Below are positions 9,993-17,926 of a stretch of 64,000 nucleotides of DNA, piece after piece. Position 1 is the first letter of the stretch. Every line of letters starts with the position of its first letter. The notes under the pieces are model-generated. The model saw only the letters and a program-made list of their open reading frames with translations. It was not told where the DNA came from and did no database searches. Location: the NCBI GenBank assembly GCA_964596395.1, contig CAZQSY010000001.1, positions 27,763 to 91,762 of the forward strand. Direction: 5' to 3'. The DNA comes from an uncultured Candidatus Saccharibacteria bacterium. Its GTDB lineage: Bacteria > Patescibacteriota > Minisyncoccia > Phycocordibacterales > UBA9973. Both the position numbers and the translations under genes were made by a program.

Positions 9993-11021
9993 ATGAATAA
10001 AAAAATTTTAGTCACCGGAGGTCTAGGATATATCGGCTCACACACAGTAGTGGAATTGCTGAAATCCGGATATTCGGTCCTCGTGGTTGACAACCTCTCA
10101 AATTCAAGCAAAAAGATATTAGAACAAATAGAGAAAATAACCGGCGCAAAACCGGACTTTTTGAACATTGACTTATGCGAAGATTTCTCGGTAAATAAAA
10201 TGGCAGAAAGTAACGGCGACATAACCGACATAATACATTTCGCGGCCTGTAAATATGTGGGAGAATCAGTGCAATCGCCCTTGAAATATTACAAAAAAAA
10301 CCTGTTCCCTTTGGTAAATTTACTCCAAGCGTTTGATGGCAGAAAATTAAACATTGTTTTTTCTTCGTCTTGTACTGTTTACGGCACACCTGACATCTTG
10401 CCTGTGACCGAAAATTCTCCGGTAAAAAGAGCCGAATCGCCTTACGGGAACACCAAACAAATCTGCGAAGAGATACTCACGGACGCTTCAAAAGCGAAAG
10501 AGGAATTAAAAGCGATCTCGTTAAGATACTTCAACCCCATCGGCGCTCATGAATCAGGACTGATCGGCGAATTGCCTTTAGGAAAACCGCAATGTTTAGT
10601 GCCTCTCATAACCCAAAGCGCAGTCGGAAAAATAGGGCCGCTCGTTGTGAACGGCATAGATTACGATACACCCGACGGCAGCCCGGTCCGGGATTATATT
10701 CATGTTGTTGATGTAGCTCAAGCACACCTCAAAGCGATAGAAAGAATTGAGAGCGGGGCTATGCAAAAAAATCACGAGATTATAAACATAGGCACAGGAA
10801 AAGGGACTTCCGTGCTGGAAGCGATAAAAACCTTTGAAAACACAACTGGAGTGAAAGTTGATTACAAAATAGGTCCCCGACGAAAAGGAGATATAGAAAA
10901 ACTATGGGCGGATGTTTCACTTTCGGAGAAAATGCTCGGCTTCAAGGCGCGATACGGCCTGGAAGATATGATGCGATCTGCCTGGAGGTGGGAAAAATAT
11001 CTAATGGAAGAGAATTGGTAA
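9993..11021 (+). CDS. galE: UDP-glucose 4-epimerase
   Basis: MNKKILVTGGLGYIGSHTVVEL, YGNTK (YxxxK), full-length GalE-like. Confidence 0.85.
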   Translation: MNKKILVTGGLGYIGSHTVVELLKSGYSVLVVDNLSNSSKKILEQIEKITGAKPDFLNIDLCEDFSVNKMAESNGDITDIIHFAACKYVGESVQSPLKYYKKNLFPLVNLLQAFDGRKLNIVFSSSCTVYGTPDILPVTENSPVKRAESPYGNTKQICEEILTDASKAKEELKAISLRYFNPIGAHESGLIGELPLGKPQCLVPLITQSAVGKIGPLVVNGIDYDTPDGSPVRDYIHVVDVAQAHLKAIERIESGAMQKNHEIINIGTGKGTSVLEAIKTFENTTGVKVDYKIGPRRKGDIEKLWADVSLSEKMLGFKARYGLEDMMRSAWRWEKYLMEENW

Positions 11022-11023
11022 CT

Positions 11024-11896
11024 TCATTTTTCCGAGGCGGCGCGACTCTTCCAGTCATCCAAAAAAAGCTTTATGTAGTCTCTGATGTCAATTTTCGGTT
11101 TCCAACCAAGAATTTCTCTGGCTAAGGTATCGGTGCATAAAGTTTCTTGCGCCTCTCCTTCCTTATCCGGAGCGTAGATTATCTCCCAATCAAACATGTC
11201 AGCAATTTCTTTTATGGAATAATTCTTGCCTCGGCCAAGTTCGAAAGTATAACCCCAAGCTTGTCTGTCTTTGATGGAAGACAACGCGCTAACTATGTCT
11301 TCGATATGTGTAAAATCTCTGCGTTTACTGCCGTCCCCGTAGATGGTGAGCGGAAGATTTTTCTCCACACACGCTTCCCAAACACCTATCAAAGTCGTAT
11401 AACTTCCCTCCTTGAGCTGATACGGACCATAAACATTATAAAACCTGGCAATCGAAGCTTTGAGCCCGTAGATTTTTTGGAAAAGCGTCATTATCTCTTC
11501 TCCGACATCTTTACTGAATGTGTACGGATTTTTGAATTTTCCAGAGTGATGCGAACTACTGCCCGCGTAAACAAGTGGAATATTATTTTTTGCACAAAAA
11601 TCCGCTATCTTGAGAGTAGCATTGGCGTTAGTGGTAAAATATTCTTCCGGCCGGCTGAAAGAGGGCTGAATGCGAGCAATGGCGGCCAAATGAAATACAA
11701 CGTCAAAATTTCCGTATTTTGAATAATCATTAATCTCTCTTATGTCTGCCCTGACATATTCCGCGCCTTCTTGATGGTTCACCTGAAGGCCTGTAGAGTA
11801 GTTGTCTATAGAAACAACCCTATGCCCTTCCTCTAAGAGCTTAATTATCAAATTAGTTCCTACAAACCCCGCCCCGCCGGTTACAAGGATTTTCAT
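11024..11896 (-). CDS. NAD-dependent epimerase/dehydratase family protein (nucleotide-sugar)
   Basis: MKILVTGGAGFVGTNL Rossmann motif, YxxxK (YTFSKDVGEE). Confidence 0.7.
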   Translation of the reverse strand: MKILVTGGAGFVGTNLIIKLLEEGHRVVSIDNYSTGLQVNHQEGAEYVRADIREINDYSKYGNFDVVFHLAAIARIQPSFSRPEEYFTTNANATLKIADFCAKNNIPLVYAGSSSHHSGKFKNPYTFSKDVGEEIMTLFQKIYGLKASIARFYNVYGPYQLKEGSYTTLIGVWEACVEKNLPLTIYGDGSKRRDFTHIEDIVSALSSIKDRQAWGYTFELGRGKNYSIKEIADMFDWEIIYAPDKEGEAQETLCTDTLAREILGWKPKIDIRDYIKLFLDDWKSRAASEK

Positions 11897-12570
11897 AGTT
11901 TCAAAATTTCTTTTACCTTCTCCACAAGGGCGCTCCTGGCTTCTCCGGAAAAATTGTGGTCGCCGTCAAGATCAAGCATTTGTATTTTCTTGCTTAACCT
12001 ATCCAAATTTGTTTCAGCGAGCACATTGTCTTGTTTTGCCCGAATTGCGATTATTTCCGTGATTTCTGAAAAAGCATTGTACTCCGTGATAATATTCTCT
12101 ACTTTCATCCTCTCCTGCCAATACTCCGCTGGTACCAGTCTCCTTAATCCATACTTTGGGTCTAGCTCTGAAACGCCATTAATATCTATGTGTGTTCCAG
12201 GTTTAGATTTGTATCTGTTTACCGACCTAGTGATATCAAGGTCAAAAGGAGGCGCTAGAAAAATCGCCTTCCTTACTCCTTCCGGCTTTGCCAAAGCCGC
12301 TATTATTGTACCTTGAGAGTGACAAACCAAATCTATTATAGTTTCTGGGTTTTCCTCACGCGTTTTTGTTATTTTTTCCTTCAGCATTTTCACCGCCTTG
12401 CTAAAAGGAACGACTGTCATTATCTTCTTATCCCAATCTATGTCGTTGTAATCAAACAAAAATGAAAGAACTTCGGGCATCGCTTGCGCTATATCCGTGA
12501 ATGTCCCGCAGTCGTCCCGAAGCACCCCGAACCCGTGCGAGAAAATTACAATGTGTTTTTTATTTTGCAT
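11893..12570 (-). CDS. alpha/beta hydrolase (esterase/lipase-like)
   Basis: nucleophile elbow CHSQG (GxSxG), ~225 aa. Confidence 0.5.
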   Translation of the reverse strand: MQNKKHIVIFSHGFGVLRDDCGTFTDIAQAMPEVLSFLFDYNDIDWDKKIMTVVPFSKAVKMLKEKITKTREENPETIIDLVCHSQGTIIAALAKPEGVRKAIFLAPPFDLDITRSVNRYKSKPGTHIDINGVSELDPKYGLRRLVPAEYWQERMKVENIITEYNAFSEITEIIAIRAKQDNVLAETNLDRLSKKIQMLDLDGDHNFSGEARSALVEKVKEILKL

Positions 12571-12573
12571 CTT

Positions 12574-13101
12574 TTACTTCAACGTCAGATTGCGAAACAA
12601 ATCCACAAAGAAATACCCCAAAATCATTAGACTTCCAAAGGGTTTTAGTTTCACGTCTTTTCGATCCTTGGCGACAGATTCATTGAAAGTAAGGGCGCAC
12701 CGGCGAACAATCTCTGGGTCGGATGCCTGCCGCATGCTGACCCCAGCTTTCGCAAACTTTTCGCCGGTTTTACTGAAACAATCAGGATTCTGGGCGCCGA
12801 AAATCACATTTTTTATTCCAGCCTCTATTATCGCGTCAGCGCAACTTTTTAGAGCCGGATTCTGTCTCTCGCAGCACGGCAGGAGCGTGCTGAAAAGAAC
12901 AGCTTCAGAGCTGAAAAGGATTTTTTTCTTTAAAATTTCATCGGTCAAAATTGTCTCAGCGTGATATATACCGTCGTCCGAGTTGGCGGAATACGCAATG
13001 ACATTCCCGTTATCAACCAGACACGCCGAAACAATCCCCTTTGGGTCTTTAGATTTTTTAGCCGTTTCAAATAAAAAGTCAAAAACTTCTTTCTCGTTCA
13101 T
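12574..13101 (-). CDS. cytidine/deoxycytidylate deaminase zinc-binding domain protein
   Basis: HAE ... PCC motif arrangement of CDA fold; spacing atypical so moderate. Confidence 0.4.
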   Translation of the reverse strand: MNEKEVFDFLFETAKKSKDPKGIVSACLVDNGNVIAYSANSDDGIYHAETILTDEILKKKILFSSEAVLFSTLLPCCERQNPALKSCADAIIEAGIKNVIFGAQNPDCFSKTGEKFAKAGVSMRQASDPEIVRRCALTFNESVAKDRKDVKLKPFGSLMILGYFFVDLFRNLTLK

Positions 13102-13125
13102 GCTTCACCATTATAGCACGGATCG

Positions 13126-13509
13126 TCAATTAAAATTCACCCTGAAACTGTACATGCCCATACTACAGGTGCCCTGGAGCGGTTTGCCGGCAATGGGTGT
13201 CCCGATATCAATCTCGGTGTCGCCGGAGGGCGATAAAATCTTCTGAAAGCCGACCGAAGGAATCGAAAGCGCGGATGAACAGTCATACACGCCGTTCGTT
13301 TTCACTATAAGTTTCGTCGGTATACCCGCTTTGGCGTTTGAGACCTGCGGAAAATATCCCCCGCCGGCATTAACCGTAACATATTGCACGCCATCTATTA
13401 TTTCTGAATTTTCCACAGGGCCATCCGTCCCGCCCGCGCCGCCCCAGAAGATGATGGCCACGCCCGCGAGAAGCCCGATGGTTAAGATTACGGAAGTAAT
13501 TTTATTCAT
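13126..13509 (-). CDS. small secreted/anchored protein with Cys/Met motif (GTCSMGMY), possible metal-binding
   Basis: N-terminal TM/signal; overlaps start of HMA-transporter gene (operon). Confidence 0.3.
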   Translation of the reverse strand: MNKITSVILTIGLLAGVAIIFWGGAGGTDGPVENSEIIDGVQYVTVNAGGGYFPQVSNAKAGIPTKLIVKTNGVYDCSSALSIPSVGFQKILSPSGDTEIDIGTPIAGKPLQGTCSMGMYSFRVNFN

Positions 13510-14579
13510 ATGTTGAAAATTGGATTAATTATACCTAAACCCGCCAAACCGGAAAGGAGCGCGAAGAGACCGAGACCCGTCACGAAAACCCCGGCTGATT
13601 TGAAGAAAAGCGGCGCGTGTTTCGAATGCGCGAAAGAAGCCGAACCGAAAGAAAGAAGCGACAAAACGGGCAAGGTTCCCAGAGCGAAAGCCGTCATTAT
13701 AAGAAGACCGGAAAGAAAAGAACCCGAAGAAATCGCCGCGACCTGCATCGACTGGGTGAAACCGCACGGCAGGAAAAACGTGCCGAAACCGACCAATACC
13801 GGGGTAAAAGTTCTGTGTTCTATCTTTCTGAAAAATCCGAAAATCGACGAAGGCAGGGTCAGTTTATTTTTGCGAAAAACGCCGGCCAAATCAAGCCCGA
13901 GAGCAAGCATCATCAGAGAAGCGATTATCCCGAGTATTCCCGTGAAAGTGAAATTTATGCCCACCGCTCCGCCTAGCGCCCCCAGTATTCCGCCCAAGAG
14001 AGCGAAACCGCCCAGCCGGCCGGCATGAAACAGTATAAAATTCTTTTTATCGCTCACATTGTCTTGCGAAACTTTTGCCGAAAGAGAGAGTACCAGACCC
14101 CCGACCACCGCCAGACAACTCGAAACCGAAGCAATCAGACCGATTACGAAACTTGCCGTCGGGGTGGTTTTCCCGCCGATGCCGATATTCAAAATCCCGG
14201 ATTTTTGCAGAACAAAGAAAAGCGCGAGGAGTAAAATTCCCAGAGGCATGGCCAGCCAAATCCCCCCGTTTTCCGATTTTTCCACGACTGCCGCCCTTTC
14301 TAAAGAGAGCGCGTAGCCGTGCTGTTTTATTTTTTGCGAGAGAGAGTCGGCGACTTCCTCTGCGCCAAGGTCGCTTTCAATCTGCACGTCAACCGTTTCC
14401 TTTTTCAAGTCAACTTTTACTTTTTCCACTCCTTCCGCTTCTTTCAAAACATCTTCAATCAAGATTTTGCAAGAAGCGCAATGGGTTCCGGAAACATGAA
14501 ATGTGTGTGTTTTCATAAAATTTTTTAAATACTGAAGTTCGACTTCAGTATTTTTAAATCGGCTCATCCTCGGGCGCAC
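13506..14579 (-). CDS. heavy-metal-associated (HMA) domain fused to DsbD_2/TauE-like multi-TM permease
   Basis: N-terminal HMA fold with GTHCASC metal-binding loop; C-terminal ~250 aa polytopic membrane domain. Confidence 0.55.
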   Translation of the reverse strand: MRPRMSRFKNTEVELQYLKNFMKTHTFHVSGTHCASCKILIEDVLKEAEGVEKVKVDLKKETVDVQIESDLGAEEVADSLSQKIKQHGYALSLERAAVVEKSENGGIWLAMPLGILLLALFFVLQKSGILNIGIGGKTTPTASFVIGLIASVSSCLAVVGGLVLSLSAKVSQDNVSDKKNFILFHAGRLGGFALLGGILGALGGAVGINFTFTGILGIIASLMMLALGLDLAGVFRKNKLTLPSSIFGFFRKIEHRTFTPVLVGFGTFFLPCGFTQSMQVAAISSGSFLSGLLIMTAFALGTLPVLSLLSFGSASFAHSKHAPLFFKSAGVFVTGLGLFALLSGLAGLGIINPIFNI

Positions 14580-15084
14580 GGTTATTGTTCGTCTCTATAA
14601 ACTCCTTGATTTTGTCCTCGTCAATTTCCGAAAGCTTAAGAAGATACCCCCAAGAAGTGAGCGCCACCGGCACGTCCAGATTTTCTCTCGGTAGCATAAT
14701 TTTCTTACCAGAAGCTTTACCAAAAGCGTCTTTGATTCTTTCCACATCTTCCACAGGAAGCCCCTGTTTGTACCAAACCACCGCCGCGCCGTGTTCCATG
14801 CTGTGCAACACTAGTTCATCGGCCACGGGTTCGCCTTTTATTCCCGGCCCCGCCGTACCCACCCAATGCCATCCGGTAGTTGGTGGATTCGAACTGTACG
14901 GTGGGTGCACCTCACTCTCACCGACATGCTTCGCCCCATCGTCGGGCATTTTCTCGCCCATCAAAGGTATGGTTTCCCTTTCCTTTTGTTTGGCGGCGTC
15001 CCGGCCAGAATACCAAACTCCACCTAATATCATCAGTAGAGTCACCAACACAATTCCCACGGTTACTTTGTGTTCCGTTGCCAT
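14554..15084 (-). CDS. DUF3105 family membrane-anchored protein
   Basis: HSMEHGAAVVWY conserved motif typical of DUF3105. Confidence 0.5.
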   Translation of the reverse strand: MATEHKVTVGIVLVTLLMILGGVWYSGRDAAKQKERETIPLMGEKMPDDGAKHVGESEVHPPYSSNPPTTGWHWVGTAGPGIKGEPVADELVLHSMEHGAAVVWYKQGLPVEDVERIKDAFGKASGKKIMLPRENLDVPVALTSWGYLLKLSEIDEDKIKEFIETNNNRAPEDEPI

Positions 15085-15105
15085 TGTTCAATTTTACCCG
15101 ACTGT

Positions 15106-15936
15106 TTAAATTCCGCAACCTGTCCCGCTCTTTTTTTCCTGCGGCTCAACCTGGGACATTACTTTTCTGAATCCCGAAGCGCTGGAATATTCCGCCGAAA
15201 TAACTTCCTTCGGGTCGGCTTTTTCCCAATTTACGCCTTTTTGAGCGAAGAAACTTTTTATCGTTTCATACTGCGACGGGAACCAGTAAGTATTCGCTTC
15301 CAGGGCAGCCCGGTACATTTCTCTCTCGCTCGCGCCTTGTGCAGCCATGAGTTCAAGAAGTCCCAGCATGGCCATGCCATGATTGCAGTCGGGGAAATGA
15401 GTCGGGTTGTCGCAACATGGCCGGTAGATATTCTTAGCAACTTTTTCAACCAAAGCCTGCTGTTCATAAGTTAGTTCTACAAAAGAATGCGCGCCGTAAT
15501 GTTCCATTGCGTCACCCTTCGCGAGCGTCCAGCCGCCGGTGGAGGCAAAATTCCCCGCCTTCGCCAAGGCTTCGGCGGGCAAGCCCGCCCCGCCATACGT
15601 CATCATTGGACCTTCTGTTAGAATTAGATTTTTATTGGCAAGCCCGAAAGCCCAGAGTATGTTGAGCATCATTCCGGAATTTTCTTTGGTAATTATCAGG
15701 TTTTTATTGTTCGTGCCATACAGTAATCTTTTATCCGCTTCGGAAAACCCGCCCCTTTCTCTATACAAACTTTCAAACTTATCTTTGTCGATTACTCCAG
15801 CTTCAACCATTTTCCATCCAAGATCCCCCCAATCAAGCAAGGCATGATTTTCTCGCACCACCGGCGAAAAACCCACAAGTAACACGATCAGAATAATTAG
15901 AGCGGAATACAAAATCTCTTTTATTTTTTCTATCAT
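15106..15936 (-). CDS. hypothetical membrane-anchored protein with conserved Cys/His cluster (PCCDNPTHFPDCNHG)
   Basis: start reset to ATG at 15936 (MIEKIKE...), listed ORF N-terminus overlaps CcdA gene in another frame. Confidence 0.4.
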   Translation of the reverse strand: MIEKIKEILYSALIILIVLLVGFSPVVRENHALLDWGDLGWKMVEAGVIDKDKFESLYRERGGFSEADKRLLYGTNNKNLIITKENSGMMLNILWAFGLANKNLILTEGPMMTYGGAGLPAEALAKAGNFASTGGWTLAKGDAMEHYGAHSFVELTYEQQALVEKVAKNIYRPCCDNPTHFPDCNHGMAMLGLLELMAAQGASEREMYRAALEANTYWFPSQYETIKSFFAQKGVNWEKADPKEVISAEYSSASGFRKVMSQVEPQEKKSGTGCGI

Positions 15937-16712
15937 ATGTAGAAGATTAAGATACCGATAATAATCATGGCGATGCCGGCCCAGAGCCGAAGCCCCGCCA
16001 TGTTTTCGCGTTTCCACGTTCCTACCTTTTCCACCATTTCTTTCTTGGCCGATATTAGTAACACCGCCGCGAGCGGCAAGATGAGAATCAAGTTGTAAAG
16101 CAGCAGGTAGCCGAAACCGGCGAAGTACGTCACCTGGTCGCGTAAGAGTCCTATGACCATCAGGTACGGCCCGCCCATGCATGGAAACTGGCAAATGCCC
16201 ACCAGAAACCCCAACCCGAAGACCGCCGGGAAAGAAGCTTTGTCCATCAGCTTAGCCATCGCGCCATGCATGGCGTCGGGAACTTTCAGCTTGATTGGGA
16301 ATTTCGGAAAGAAACGGTTAAGCAAATTCAAAGTCCCGAAAACAATAAGCATAGTTGCTCCCAGTTTACCCATGAAGTGCGGCGTGTTAAAGATATGCAG
16401 TACTTTCAAGACCCCCAGACCAATCAGGAAATAAGCGATAAATATTCCCACCACATAAGTTCCTCCCAGTTCCAAAATTTTCCTCCGGCTCATTTGTATC
16501 CCGAAAAGAAAAGCAATAGTGATGAGTAAGATTGAAAACGAACACGGGTGCACGCTGTCGAGCAAGGCCGAAACGAGAAGGAGTGGCAAGAGCCATGTGC
16601 CTCCGCGGCTGACCTCCCAGAGCAGAGAAGAAACCGCCGGACTGTTTTTGAGAATCACCAAACCAACGATAGCGGCAATGATGATACTGACAGTAATAAT
16701 TATTTTTTTCAT
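15933..16712 (-). CDS. ccdA: CcdA/DsbD-family cytochrome c-type biogenesis / thiol-disulfide transmembrane protein
   Basis: LLDSVHPCSF and FPCMGGPYL conserved Cys motifs, 6-7 TM. Confidence 0.7.
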   Translation of the reverse strand: MKKIIITVSIIIAAIVGLVILKNSPAVSSLLWEVSRGGTWLLPLLLVSALLDSVHPCSFSILLITIAFLFGIQMSRRKILELGGTYVVGIFIAYFLIGLGVLKVLHIFNTPHFMGKLGATMLIVFGTLNLLNRFFPKFPIKLKVPDAMHGAMAKLMDKASFPAVFGLGFLVGICQFPCMGGPYLMVIGLLRDQVTYFAGFGYLLLYNLILILPLAAVLLISAKKEMVEKVGTWKRENMAGLRLWAGIAMIIIGILIFYI

Positions 16713-16719
16713 GATTTTA

Positions 16720-17253
16720 TTAAGGCGTTACGTTCGCCTTGATTTCTAATTGCAGCACTTCACCGTTCGAATCTTCTAAGAAAACAAACCGGTCGACCAT
16801 GCCGACACCGGCCGGTCCGTGCGCATTCGGATCATACACGACTTCTATATCTCTCGACTCTCCCGCCCTGATTGTCTCGTTCAATCTAGGCACGGAGCTT
16901 CCATGCCCCGGCATACCAAAAGGACCTTTGCGGGTTCCGTCCGGCCGGATGAGGTAAGCTGTCGTGCACATGCAGGAAGTCGTCAGCTTCGAAATTTCGA
17001 CCTCCCCGCTTCCGGCGTTGGTTATTTTGAACACCTTGCTTACATTCCCGTTTTTCATGGAGATCGTTCCGAAGTCGTACAATTTTTCTTCAGTAGTCAA
17101 AACATCGCCCTTTCGTGCTAGATGGAAATTACCCGACGTACTGATGCTGTCTTGCGAATTCACTTTGCTGCCCGGCCTGGCATACAAGAGCAGTCCAGCG
17201 AGAAGCACCACGATAACAATTACAAACGAAAAGATTCTATTTTTGTCTGTCAT
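16720..17253 (-). CDS. DUF1573 domain protein (Ig-like, commonly CcdA-associated)
   Basis: YDFGTI...TNAG..E..I motif pattern; N-terminal TM anchor. Confidence 0.5.
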   Translation of the reverse strand: MTDKNRIFSFVIVIVVLLAGLLLYARPGSKVNSQDSISTSGNFHLARKGDVLTTEEKLYDFGTISMKNGNVSKVFKITNAGSGEVEISKLTTSCMCTTAYLIRPDGTRKGPFGMPGHGSSVPRLNETIRAGESRDIEVVYDPNAHGPAGVGMVDRFVFLEDSNGEVLQLEIKANVTP

Positions 17254-17340
17254 AAATTTTTAACAAAGCAAATAGTAAAAACCCCTGTCAGGGATTTCAG
17301 AAAGACACAGCCAGAGATTTTTACGACAAAAATTCTAGAG

Positions 17341-17754
17341 CTATGTCCGGTGTAAAGGAGAGGGACTATTCTCAAAAAGCGAAAGCCATTTAATGATTTC
17401 GCTTAAGTATTTATGTAAATTATTATTTCTTAGATAAGATATCCTTTTATAAAAATTCCGCGCGAGATTCGAGAAATTAATCTTTTCAAGGAAGTAAAAA
17501 ATTATTCCCAGCGTCAAAATTAAAAACGCGAAAACCGAAGAAGATACGACATTAGAAAATTCCTGCCAGTTATCTATGTGCTTAAAATTGTTCGAACAGA
17601 GCGAAAACGCGCCCTGAGCATAGGGGCAGTTGGCCATGGGCATCTCTGAAGTGTGGCTGAATTGAAGCAAGCCAAATATCCCCGCACTCATGTAAGCGAA
17701 GAAAATCAGAAATCCTAAAAGCTTTATAAAAAATTTCGCTCCGCGTAAATTCAT
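17341..17754 (-). CDS. hypothetical membrane protein
   Basis: 2 TM helices; CPYAQGAFSLC motif; no family recognised. Confidence 0.3.
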   Translation of the reverse strand: MNLRGAKFFIKLLGFLIFFAYMSAGIFGLLQFSHTSEMPMANCPYAQGAFSLCSNNFKHIDNWQEFSNVVSSSVFAFLILTLGIIFYFLEKINFSNLARNFYKRISYLRNNNLHKYLSEIIKWLSLFENSPSPLHRT

Positions 17755-17760
17755 TTTGTT

Positions 17761-17880
17761 ATTTACCGATTTGCTTAATCAGCCAGATGCCAACCAAAAC
17801 GAGGTCCACTAAAAGTATCAAGGCCACGATAGAACCCCAACCTCCTCCCATCATTCCACCATATCCATATCCCATCATAA
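17761..17880 (-). CDS. unannotated 39-aa Gly/Met-rich micropeptide with C-terminal TM helix (MMGYGYGGMMGGGWGSIVALILLVDLVLVGIWLIKQIGK)
   Basis: manual translation; sits between copA and membrane protein; below ORF-track cutoff. Confidence 0.3.
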
Positions 17881-17926
17881 AATGATTTTTAAATTACCCT
17901 TGTTCTTAATCTCGACCTTTATAATT

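Noticed and set aside
15937-16194. N-terminal 86 aa of listed ORF 15106..16194
   Set aside because: It overlaps the CcdA gene in another frame and is Arg/Gly-rich junk; the downstream ATG at 15936 gives a hydrophobic signal-anchor start and classic 4-nt overlap with ccdA.
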